The notes below the pieces were generated by a model. It did not search any database and was not told the origin of the DNA. It was given only the letters and a program-made list of their open reading frames with translations. The position numbers and the translations under genes are program-made. Positions 1 to 11,100 of a DNA stretch of 64,000 bases are shown here, piece by piece. The DNA comes from Heteronotia binoei. Taxonomy: Eukaryota. Numbering within the stretch: the first letter of the stretch is position 1; every line of letters begins with the position of its first letter. Location of the stretch: assembly GCF_032191835.1 (NCBI RefSeq), contig NC_083223.1, forward strand, positions 248,372,001 to 248,436,000, written 5' to 3'.

Positions 1-1301
1 TGCGAATCACTGCTTTCTTTTTGTGCTTCTGGCCACGGGTAGGTTTCTGTCTCAATGGGATGGTTGCTGACACAGCTTCAGGATGAGCAACAGCCATGGC
101 TGTTAACATGTGGAACTCATCTGCTTGGAAAGAAAAAACCAGATTAGTGCAGACGTTGACCATGCATGAAGTGATACAGAGGACTGCACTAGGTGAGGCT
201 CCCAATCCCATACTTGACCCTTTAGCTTCAACTGTCCATGCAGAAAGCCAGCTCCAGTCAGTTCACCAGTGAATCCAGCAATTACATTCAATTTATTTTC
301 AGCTACCCTCCCCACTTCAGATCCTCATTCTTGCTACAACAGAAGCCCCAAATCCTGAAGGATCCAACAGGCTCTGCAGAACTGAGAACTAACTTTCCAC
401 AAGACTACAGCCAGTATAATAATTTAATGTACTGCCCTTTCACACTACAGAGTCTCTGCACGAATCCTGATACCTAAGAGTAAGGATAGGATAATCCTTT
501 CATCAGCAAACCACACCCATTAGACCAGCCATTTATTTCCACCCAATCAATCTCCAGACATACCTCCCCCCAAAATCTCCATGAATGGATGCAGAAAGGC
601 AAACTCTTTCAGGGCCTGTCTCATGCAGACTTGAGCACAGTGAGAAATGGCTGATGAGCTGGACTCTAGGACAGTGCAGCAAATGTAAGGAGAAAGAGGG
701 ACAATCAGTGCAATCCTAAGGACACTTTCCTGGGAGTAAGTCCCATTGAATAGGCTGTAATAGAATTCAGAGTAGACCTGTTTAGGATTGCTCTCTTAGC
801 CTGTAATCCACCTTGTTCTCTTATGCTCACTGACTCTGCAAAATATTTTCATTAAGCCATTTCTTTTCTTCTCTTCTTTGCAAAACAGATAGATGGAATG
901 ATTCTAGTTTCCAGCCATGGCAAAAATAGGCTTATCAGAGACAGAAAAACACCCTGAAGCATACCAGAGGCTTCCCGATGGTCTGTTTCCTTAGGTTGCT
1001 TCTTCAGTTGCTTAGGAAGAGGCTCGCCTTCTTCTGACTCCCGTCCTCTCTTCTTGCAGCAGGAGCTCTGCCATTCTTCCTGGAGACAGCTTTCCACACT
1101 AGGGGTGACTGCTGTGTCTGCCTCACTCACAACTGCTCCAGTAGAGGTCACCACCTCCAAGGCTGTATCGATCTGCCCACCCCAGCGAGTGTTCTCTGAG
1201 CAAGTCTCCATGCAAATGGACAGGCTGGCACCTCCATCCACTTGATCTATGGCTTTCTTGGCTATCCCCATGGCACAGCCTGATGTGGGGCAAGATTCCA
1301 T
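1..1301 (-). CDS. GTF3C2: 5' coding exons of a minus-strand gene continuing beyond the left edge; probably general transcription factor IIIC subunit 2 (assigned by synteny)
   Basis: Exon 1359-965 (acceptor ctttcttgcag, ATG at 1301, MESCPTSGCAMG...KKRGRESEE...REAS, donor GT at 964) and exon 120-<1 (acceptor ttctttccaagcag, DEFHMLTAM...PLRQKPTRGQKHKKKAVIR) join in phase 1 with an open frame. Position tail-to-head with EIF2B4 matches the human GTF3C2-EIF2B4-SNX17-ZNF513 order. Similarity to the human N-terminus (MDTCG...ALG) is weak; no WD40 region is in the window. Confidence 0.55.
706..793. mobile_element. Short palindromic MITE (TIR cagtgcaatcct...aggattgc)
   Basis: Inverted termini gcaatcctaa (710-719) / ttaggattgc (782-791) around a ~60-bp core; a similar palindrome occurs at ~26718-26800. 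Confidence 0.55.
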
Positions 1302-2779
1302 GAAGGCACCACAGCTGTTCAGGGAGGTGCTATTCCTCCCATTGCGTTCTAGGCTCTGCCTGCAAGAAAGGGATGAAAATGAAGGAGCGTACAAACAAGA
1401 AAAACCATGGGAGGACTGGTATTGATTGAAATTAAGTCAGCAAATACAGAAAGTAATTAATAGCTGTTCAAGACATTTAGAATACAAATCTAAGAACACT
1501 GAAGAATGAAAAATAAGAACACAGGGAGCGAGAAACCCACTTTTCTAAGTTAGGTAAGAAATAAACAGGTAGACACAAGCACACATACTTTTTTTGCTGC
1601 CTGTAGGATGCTTCTTTCATTACTTTCAGCAACCTGGTCTTTGTGCAAGGTGTTGCTTCACTAAACAATAACTTGAATTGGGCAGGCGCTCTTACAGCAG
1701 GCCATCTTTGTTTTGCTTCCTCAGCAGAATGCTGCAGTATTAGTATCCCAGACTAATCCGGAGGAAGATTAGTATGGGTTTGGGCTATTTGTTCCTGCTG
1801 TCTCCTTTACCACTGTGTCATTATTAGTTATTGAGGATTGAACCAAAGGCCAGAAAAGGGTCCTTGATATGTCCTATTCATTTTGTGGCTTTAGCCAATG
1901 CATTCTGCTTTAGATCTCTATCTGTAAAAGGGCCACAACAATTATTCTTCCCTCACATGGAGATTGTGGGGCTAAGGAAAAAAAACCCAAAGAATCTTGC
2001 AAATTAAATGTTCTAGACAAAGAACAATACAAATTATATACAGCAGTAATGCATTACCTCAGCAATACTACAACATGTCAATACTATTAGGGCCACACTG
2101 TAGATAAGAGTGGACTTATGGCTCAGAGTAGCTTGACTAAGGCCATGCAAGAACATCATGGCAGAGTTGAGAATTGATGAAGGTGTTTCTAGCTAAACTG
2201 CAGTTAAAAAACAGCTGAGGATGCATTTAGTTTTCTGACAATAAATATATTGTCTGTAATATTCTGTAATAACAGAAAAAGTATTCAAGTAACCTTTATG
2301 ACCACTTTATAAGGGGGTTCAGTATTATCCTTGGGGAAAAAGAAACTCTCCTGATATTTCTGGAGACATATGGATCCAGCCAGGCTGCCTGCCATCTCCT
2401 GCACAACACCTCTGCAGTAGTACTCAGAACGTTTCTGGTTAGATGTGCTATTTTAAACAGGCACCATACAAAGTGTTTGCTCTAGTTTCAGTCTGTTTTT
2501 CCCCTTCGTTGCAACTATTGCCATGCCAAGATGGTACCGCCTTTTGATTGCTGGGCTACAGCAACCCAGGTTCAAGTCCCCATTCATTAGGCAACCTAAG
2601 CCACTCTCAACTTAGCCTACCTCACAGGGCTGTTGTGCTGCTAAATAAGATGAGCATGTAGAACTATATTCGACACGCTCCTTAGAGAAAAATCGGGATA
2701 AAAACGTGACAGATGTCTCCCGAATGCGACTGGCGTCTTTGTAACCTGGATGGCAGAACCTGCCGGCTAGGCCAGCCGG

Positions 2780-3070
2780 TGATTCAAATCAGTCCGCAAG
2801 AAGCTCCTAGTTGAGGGCTTCTGCACGGGCCGCACAGGATACCGCTACCCAGAACAATACCGAGAACCTCTCCCCTCCTGTCGGGAAAAGGAAAAAGCCC
2901 AAAGAGCCAACCAGCTGTCCTCTCGCCACTCTCACCTCGAACCGCCTTTTCTTCACAGAAACCGGTCGGGAGGAGGGGTGGCGGAGCAATCAAGATGGCG
3001 ACCGTTACGGGCTCGTTCCGATGACGTCAGCGACTCAACGAGTACGCGCTGGCTTGCTGCGCGCGACGCG
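2780..3070 (-). promoter_or_regulatory. CpG-island promoter and non-coding first exon of the leftmost (GTF3C2-like) gene
   Basis: CpG-rich; full CRE palindrome TGACGTCA 3022-3029; YY1-type CAAGATGGCG 2991-3000; minus-strand donor GAG|GTGAGA with exon ending at 2936. Confidence 0.7.
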
Positions 3071-3445
3071 AAGAGCTTGCTGCTCAGCCAGCTTTTGGAA
3101 ATATGGCCTGTACATTTTTGTGCAGCAGAGCACCGTTGGAGTATAAGAATGGCAGAAATGTGGGCTCTTGTAACTAACGCGCAGTGTTGTGTAGAGTACG
3201 ACTGCCCCATATTTAAAAGTTTCCTTTCTGCTCATCTCTTGCCTTGAAAATCTTCCACGATGGCTGTAAATTAGCAACGCTTTCTGCTATCAGTTTCCTA
3301 CATGGTACGATGTCCTTACCTAGATTATATCATAGCCCACTCTCTTTTAAAAAAAAGTCTACTAGGATCACATCACTAAGCTCCAACTTCATTCTCAAAC
3401 CAAGCTAGCTAGCAATAATCCTCACTTTGCTCTGTTAGACTTGAG

Positions 3446-3618
3446 TAAAGTTGCCACTTGCCAGCTCTGGGTTGGGAAATATCTGGAGATTTTGTGGGTG
3501 GAACTTGAGGAGGGACAGCAATGGTGTATAATGCCGTAGTCCACCTTCCAAAGCAGTCATTTTCTCCGGTTGAAATTATCTCTGTAATATGGAGTTCTCC
3601 TGGAGATTGGCAACCCTA
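3446..3618. mobile_element. Non-autonomous hAT (Blackjack-type TIR) MITE, degenerate
   Basis: Termini taaagttgcca ... tggcaacccta resembling the TAGGGTTGCCA TIR; internal sequence shared with 18179-18823. Confidence 0.6.
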
Positions 3619-4356
3619 TTTTTCAGGAAGTGACCATGTTGGTCTGTAGTAGAACAGCTAGATTTGAGTCCTGTAATTCCTTAGTGGCCAACAAGATTTT
3701 TGAGATATAAACTTTAAGAGTCAAATCTTTTGTCCAATGGGAATGATTGTATATAGCCAAAGGAAACTGGAAAGCCCCTGGGTCTGTTAGACCTCTCTTG
3801 CTCCATAAATTTATCCCATTTTTAACAAAACCACCTAAAGCTAGTGACCACTGCTATTATATCATGACAGTGAATTCCACATGTGCCTTGGAAAACTGCA
3901 GCTGCCTCTCACTGAAATTGCATCACTAGGTAATAATGGAAGCAGAAGTTTCTAGTTCCAAAGACACCCCGCTCCCATTAAAACCACATAAAGTAGGAAG
4001 GTTATGGGCACAAAAAGCTTCCATTTGTCCCATCGTTAATAAGGTTTCTTTGCACAACCAGGCAAGGTCACTTAGAAGCTTCTGGAGTTCATATAAGGAA
4101 AATTAATTACTCAGTTCTCCACCTTTCCTGCCATTGGCAAAATATCCCAAAAGTCAATTTAGCTGAAAATTTTATTATTTTAACAGATGCAGCCCAAAGC
4201 CACAACCAAGAACCCAAATAGTGCACTGCTGTATTGTAAATCATTATTATTCCAAGACAGAATAAATTTTACAGCATATTGATGGAACTCTCTGGAGCAG
4301 TGGTGCTCTGAATTCTTGATGCTTGGGGGTGGGGGGAGCAGCAAGGGGAGGGCTTA

Positions 4357-5400
4357 ACATAAGAGAAGCCATGTTGGATCAGGCCAATGACCCATCCAGT
4401 CCAACACCCTGTGTCACACAGTGGCCAAAAAAAAAAAAATTACACACACACACTGTAGCTAATAGCCACTAATGGATCTCTGCTCCATATTTTTATCTAA
4501 CCCCCCCCCCCCCTTGAAGCTGTCTATGCTTGTAGCTGCCGCCACCTCCTGTGGCAGTGAATTCCACATGTTAATCACCCTTTGGGTGAATTACTTCCTT
4601 TTATCCATTTTAACCTGACTGCTCAGCAATTTCATCGAATGCCCATGAGTTTTTGTATTGTGCGAAAGGGAGAAAAGTACTTCTTTCTCTACTTTCTCCA
4701 TCCCATGCATTATCTTGTAAACCTCTATCATGTCACCCCGCAGTCAACGTTTCTCCAAGCTAAAGAGCCCCAAGCGTTTTAACCTTTCTTCATAGGGAGG
4801 GTTCCAAACCTGTAATCATTCTAGTTGCCCTTTTCTGGACTTTTCCCAATGCTATAATATCCTTTTTGAGGTGCGGTGACCAGAATTGCACACAGTATTC
4901 CAAATGAGATTGCACCATCGATTTATACAGGGGCATTATGATACTCGCTGATTTGTTTTCAATTCCCTTCCTAATAATTCCCAGCATGGCGTTGGCCTTT
5001 TTTATTGCAAACGCACACTGTCTTGACATTTTCAGTGAGTTATCTACCACGACCCCAAGATCTCTCTCTTGGTCAGTCTCTGCCAGTTCACACCGCATCA
5101 ACTTGTATTTGTAGCTGGGATTCTTGGCCCCAATGTGCATTACTTTGCACTTGGCCACATTGAACCTCATCTGCCACGTTGACGCCCACTCACCCAGCCT
5201 CAACAGATCCCTTTGGAGTTCCTCACAATTCTCTCTGGTTCTCACCACCCTGAACAATTTAGTGTCATCTGCAAACTTGGCCACTTCACTGCTCACTCCC
5301 AACTCCAAATCATTTATGAACAAGTTAAAGAGCATGAGACCCAGTACTGAGCCCTGCGGCACCCCACTGCTTACCGTCCTCCACTGCCCATTTATACTCA
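4357..5400 (-). mobile_element. 5'-truncated CR1 LINE (RT C-terminus and 3' tail) inserted in opposite orientation into another CR1 3' UTR
   Basis: ORF 4790-5401: SGVPQGSVLG...FADDTKL...LEYCVQFWSPHLKKDI (CR1 RT). Reverse 3' tail at 4357-4430. Host plus-strand CR1 3' UTR at ~4290-4356 resumes at ~5410-5537. Confidence 0.92.
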
Positions 5401-5669
5401 CTCTTTGCTTCTAGTGTCCTGGTCCCACTGATGGACTTCCTGATGGCATCTGGTGCTTTTGGCCACTGTGTGACACAGAGTGTAAGACTGAATGGGCCAT
5501 TGGCCTGATCCAACATGGCTTCTCTTATATTCTTACGATGTGGGTATGCACCTTACCAAGCAAATTTGCAAGAAAAAAGTCACACTACAGAACTGCAGCC
5601 TATTCCACTTTAAGGACAGAGGGTTCCCAGTATCTGGCCCTGACCAGCAAGTGAACCCAAGATAAGAAA

Positions 5670-7020
5670 CAGAGCTGGAAGGTATCTCAAAGGTTATCCA
5701 GTCCAACCACCTGCACAATGCAAAAAAATCACAACTACCCCATCCCATTTCCCCAGTGACCCATGGCGTATGGCCAGAGGAAGGCAAAAAAAAAGAAAAA
5801 GAAAAACCCCAATCTGGCCTGGAGAAAAATTCCTTCCTGACCCCAAAGGGGCAATTAGCATTACCTGGTCCCTGGGCATGTAAAAAACAGTCTGGAGAAC
5901 TGAGCACTGGCCCATCCTTTCCTGCTCACTCTCCATGCCCAAATTCACAGATTATTGCTATCAGATGGCCATCTAGCCTCTGCTTAAAAACCTCCAAAGG
6001 AGAGCCCACCACCTCCCAAAGAAGCCTGTTCTGCTAAAGAACTGGTCTGTCAGGAAGTTGTTCTTAATGTTTAGCTGAAAATTCTTTTGATTTCATTTCA
6101 ATCCATTGGAATCTGGTCTGGCCTTCTGGGACAACAGAAAACAACTTAGCTCCATCCTGTATATGACAGCCCTTGAAGATGGCTATCATATCATGTTCCT
6201 GTCCTCTCCAGGCTAAACATACAGAGCTCCTTCAACCTTTCCTCACCATCTTTGCCCTCCTCTAGACAAATTCCAGCTCATCAATATCCTTCTTAACCTG
6301 TGGCACCTAAAACTACACACATTGCTCCAAGCGAGGTCTAACCAAAATCACATTTGTCTTTTTAGCTGCTGCATCACACTGCTGACTCATGTTGTGTAGT
6401 CTACTGAGACCCCTGGATTGTTTCCACATGTGCTACTGCCAAGATTAATCTCCCCCATCCTACAATTATGCATTTTATTTTTCCTACTTAAATGCCAAAC
6501 TCTCTGCTGAAATTCTAAGTTTTAGCCTAGTTTTCCGGCCTAAGATCATCCTGTATCCTGTCTTCTACTGTATTTTCTATCCCTCCCAATTTAGTATAAT
6601 CTGCAAATTTAGTGAGCATGCCCTCTGTTCCTTCATCCAAGTAATTTACTGTTGGAACAGCACAGGGACCAGGACAGATCCTTCAGGCACTGAGAATGTA
6701 AGATCCCAGATCAGACCTGTGGACCACATAGTCCAGCATCCTCTCTCACACAGTGGCCAACCAGTCCCTCTGGATAGCCAACACAGCATAGAGGGTGAAG
6801 CCTTCCCCCGTATGTAGCTTTCTGGCACTGGTATTCAGAGGTTTACTGCCTCAATGTGGAGATTCCCTTTAACCACCATAGCTAGTAGCCACTGATACTA
6901 TGAATCTGTCTACTCCCCTTTTTAAAGCGGTCTGTGCCCATGGTCATCTATACGTCCTTTGGCAGTAGATTCCACATTTTAATCACTCACTGTATAGAGA
7001 AGTATCTCCTTTTTCTAAAA
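5670..7020 (-). mobile_element. Two older CR1 fragments (about 5670-6670 and 6695-7020)
   Basis: Reverse CR1 3' ends (gagctggaagg...tccagtccaacc; agatcagacc...tccagcatcc) followed by degenerate CR1 ORF2 sequence. Confidence 0.7.
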
Positions 7021-7824
7021 CTATCAAACCGTTCCATGTTCCAGCTCCTAATGCCTCTCTGGGAAAACCCCACACCATGATCAACTCTTACAATATTAGC
7101 CCTTTAAGTGCTGAAAGACACCCCACTGTCTGCATTTAAAGGACCAGGGTTTAGGCTTGGAGGAGAGACAGTTTCCACTGGGACACTCCAGAGCCAGAGT
7201 GGTGTACAGGAGGTTAAAAGTGTTAAGACTACTGTCTCTGAGACCCAAGTTTAAGTCCCTGCTTCAATATGGCCGAGGCCTGCCCTGATATTGCCTTTTG
7301 GCACAGTGATTCAGAGACTGGTTGCCTCTGAACTCAAACTTGCAAGAATGGGTTCAAATGAGTCAGTCCTGGCCCAGCTTGGCAGATCAGCAGTGAGCTG
7401 CACAGGAGGTGCCTGCAGAGGGACCAGACCACCAAGCCCAGCAGTTGTGTGGAAAGGAAGGTCTGTGTGGACAAAGGTGTAGAAAGGCGAACAAGCGCTG
7501 GCCCCTTGAAATCAGAACAAAGGCCTTTCTGGGCAGGAAAAGGAGGGACACAGTAAAACTCCTGCGAAGCTGTGCCTAGCTTCAAGACAGAGGCTGGGGT
7601 TCCTGCCTATGTGGCAACCCTGTCTCCCAGACTGGGATACAGATACCCAGGAGTGAGGGAAAGGCACTCCGCACCGGCTTACAGGTACTCACGTATATGG
7701 CTTCATAACTTCCCGGCCTGAGCCCTGCCTCCCATGTTGATGGCCTTTGCAGATGGTTCTATATATACAGACGGGGGTGGTTCTCACTTGGACGCATGCA
7801 GTGTTTCTTACATGGACACCTGGT

Positions 7825-8000
7825 CCAAATCAGACTATTGGTTCATCACAGTCAAGACTGTATACTCAGACTGGCAGCAGCCCTTCAGGGTCCCTGATAG
7901 AGGTCTTTCACATTGCCTCCTACAGGAGCCTTTAAACTGGAGACTGAACCTGGGACCTCCTGCATGCTAAGTAGATACTCTACCACTGAGCCCCAGCCCC
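7825..8000 (-). mobile_element. tRNA-derived SINE with CR1-type tail (Squam2-like); further copies at about 9400-9570(-), 16840-17030(-), 28910-29090(-), 30950-31110(-), 41870-42030(-), 59960-60170(-), 61385-61590(+)
   Basis: Reverse complements of the head gggctgtggctcagtggtagagc...gtcccaggttcaatccc and tail gtagacaatactgac...ggacc...ctgattcagtataaggc seen intact at 12551-12751. Confidence 0.75.
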
Positions 8001-8116
8001 AGAAAGCCAACTTTGCAGTGGAATAGGGGAAGGGAAGATGCTGTGGGGACAATGCTTGGAGTCATGTCTTAGTTCAGGAGCACACACAGCACAGGCACAG
8101 ATCAGGGCACACAAGG

Positions 8117-8122
8117 TTTATT
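8117..8122 (-). terminator. EIF2B4 polyadenylation signal AATAAA
   Basis: tttatt on the plus strand, 22 nt after the TAA stop (8145-8147). Confidence 0.65.
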
Positions 8123-8144
8123 CACTCCCCCCTCCCCTCCCACA

Positions 8145-11100
8145 TTACTGCTCCACATTCTTGACACGCAGCACAACAGGAACGGAGGTGCAAGGGATCA
8201 TCCCCAAGTCTGTGATCACCAGATCCACCAGCTCCATGGGGGTCACGTCATAGACCAGATTGAGGAGGCGCAATGACTTGCTGTCTTGCCAGTCAGCCAG
8301 TGGGATCCTCCCTCGATGCGGCACTATCAAGTCATCGGGGTCATCTGCGGGGACAAAGATCCATTCGGGAAACAAGCAGGTGGGCAGGGGCTCCCTCCCT
8401 CCCTGAAGCAAAAGCAGTGGGGCACAGCTGGATCTGGGCAGCAAGGCAGGGATGCTAGGATTCTGTGAAGGAGCAAGCCCCTCCTTCCCTGCTTCCACAA
8501 CTAGAAACCTGTCTCAAACTCCTTATTTTATTTTTTTTTATTTAAGATTTATACCCCGCCCTTCCCACAAGTGGGAAGATGTCATTATCGCCATCCCTCA
8601 GGGAACAGCCCCTGCCAGGTCTGGAGAAACAGAATCAGATCCCAAATGGGCAACCTAGGACTTGCCCAGTCCCACCTCCCACACGTTTTGGTGCCCACCC
8701 TACAATGGTAATCTGCTGCCTCTAGCCACAGGGGATGTAGCTTGCGCATTTTGCAGGACCACCCCTTGGAGATGGTAGAAAGCATCAACCACCGTATCTT
8801 CTGCCTGTCTGCAGCCCTGCCTGCCTCCAGGATCACCAGCGATTTGCTCCCCAGGTAGTTTGACGCCCTGTTTGACCTTGAGGGTCTCTGAGCTGCTCTT
8901 GCCCCTACTCAAACACAGGATTCTCACAAAGGTGAGCACATGCTGTAACCACCTGAGGTTACTGAAGCTAGGGGAGGACAGAAATTCAGCAGGATAAAAG
9001 CAGATATTCCACTCTTGCTGGTTGGCCCCTATACAACAACATACCAAGTTCATTGGAGACAAAGGAGTCGGTCTGGACCCGGTCACAGAACTTGTACGTC
9101 TCACAGCAGACCAGGACTGGCACATTATGGGCCTTGGAAATTAGGGCTATTTGCGATGTGCCCATCCGTGACATCACAGAGCCATTGGCCAATAGTGCAT
9201 GGGCTCCCAGCAGTACTTTGGAGACCTGAAAGGGTGGACAAGTTAGGCTATTAATTCCCTTTCAGACGAGCCCTAATTCCCTTTCACTAACCCCACCATC
9301 CAGCCAACTGTGACTTCCCCTCAAGCCAGGTGGGCAGCCACCTCTCTTTCCCCTTTCCTCTAATTCCATCAAATTACCAGGTTTTGCTTAGGCGGAGTCA
9401 AACCCTTGGCCTATCAAAGTCAATATTGTCTATTCAACTGTCAACAGCTCCTCAAGATCTCAGTCATTCACATCACCTACTACCTGATCCTTTTAACTAG
9501 AGGTGGTGGGATTGAATTTGGGACTTTCTATGTGCAAAGCAGATGCTCTGTCCCTCAACCACGGCCCCCTCTCAGTTTCTTTGCCCACATCCTCTCTCCT
9601 CCCCTCTCAGACCCTAATTCCTGCCCCTTTCCGCTAAGCACCCCACCTCAGGCAACACATAGGAGATGGCGTTGATAAGCACATAGCTGCAGCGGACACC
9701 CTGCTTCACCAGTCGATGTAGAGTTTCCCGGCCCTCCAGCCGCGGCCGACTGTCCACCACCACCACTCGGAAGGCACGGCCCTTGGCGTGGGCATCACAC
9801 AGTGTGCGGCTCACCAGGGAGGAGCTGCCAGGCAAAAGCACACAGAGGCAGTCAGCAAGGAACCTAAGCCATGGACCAACCTGCCACTCATGTCCCATAC
9901 CTTTCTACTCGCCACAACTGCTAGCTGAGCAGGAAGGCACTGCTTCTTTCTCCCTTGATTTTCAGTGCGGCCTTAAATGTAATGAAGTTTGGCAGCTGCT
10001 AAGTCAGGAACCTAAACCACAGCTCCTGCCAAAAGGATATAACCCACACCTCTCCCTGAGAGTGTTGCACTGGCTACAATAACCGCCTGCTCTGCATGCA
10101 AAAGGAGAATTTAGGAGTAAAGGTGTCAGCTGTGTAACATCAAGACTAATACTTTTTCCCAACCTGCCAGGACACCGCCAGAGGTACAAACCTTTTGGCA
10201 AGAGCCAAAGGCTCTAGCCCATGAGCTGCCATCCTTGAATGAACTGCAGCTAGAACGTATGATGTGTTGTTTTTTTTAAAGTTTCAATGGTATTTTATTT
10301 GTTTGAATTGTTTATTTAAATCATACTTGTCTGTTTCTATGCTGCTTTGGGGTAACAGAGCACTATAATGGTCCAGCATCTCATTTATGGAATGATCTTC
10401 CTTTTAAGAGCCAGTTTGGTGTAGTGGGTAAGTGCGCGGACTCTTATCTGGGAGAACCAGGTTTGATTCCCCACTCCTCCACTTGCACCTGCTGGAATGG
10501 CCTTGGGTCAGCCATAGCTATCACAAGAGTTGTCCTTGGAAGGGCAGCTGCTGTGAGGGCCCTCTCAGCCCCACCCACCCCACAGGGTGTCTGTTGTGGG
10601 GGAGGAAGATAAAGCAGATTGTGAGCCACTCTGAAATTCGGAGTGGAGGGCAGCATATAAATCCAATATCATCATAATCATCATTTAAGACTCACCTGGC
10701 ACCTATGCTTTACACTGAGCTGGATTTGCAATGCTAGATTTTAATGACTATCTTTTAATGCTTTGTTTTGATTATTTTTATTTTGTAATCTGCCTCAGGT
10801 GGGTTCCTGGAAAGGCAGCATAATTTCTTCCTAATTAATAATAATACAGTGCCTTAACAAATAAAGCACTGGTAAGCAAACTGACAGACTTGATGGGATC
10901 AACACCCACCCACAGTAGTAGCCCTGCCCTCTGTTCCGCTTCCAGTTCACCCGAGCAGCAGGATTTCACCATCCTGACCCCTACAACACAGCTCCATACC
11001 ATCCGTATACCAGAATGACATCCCCGTCGTTGATCTTTTCAAAGGCAGACTTGGAGATGGCTGCAGCAGCCAAAACAATCTTCTCCCGCACATACTTGTC

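Noticed and set aside
10408-10480. tRNA genes (also at 12551, 58783, 61385)
   Set aside because: A/B boxes run directly into multi-copy SINE bodies and LINE-type tails; no acceptor stem or cloverleaf.
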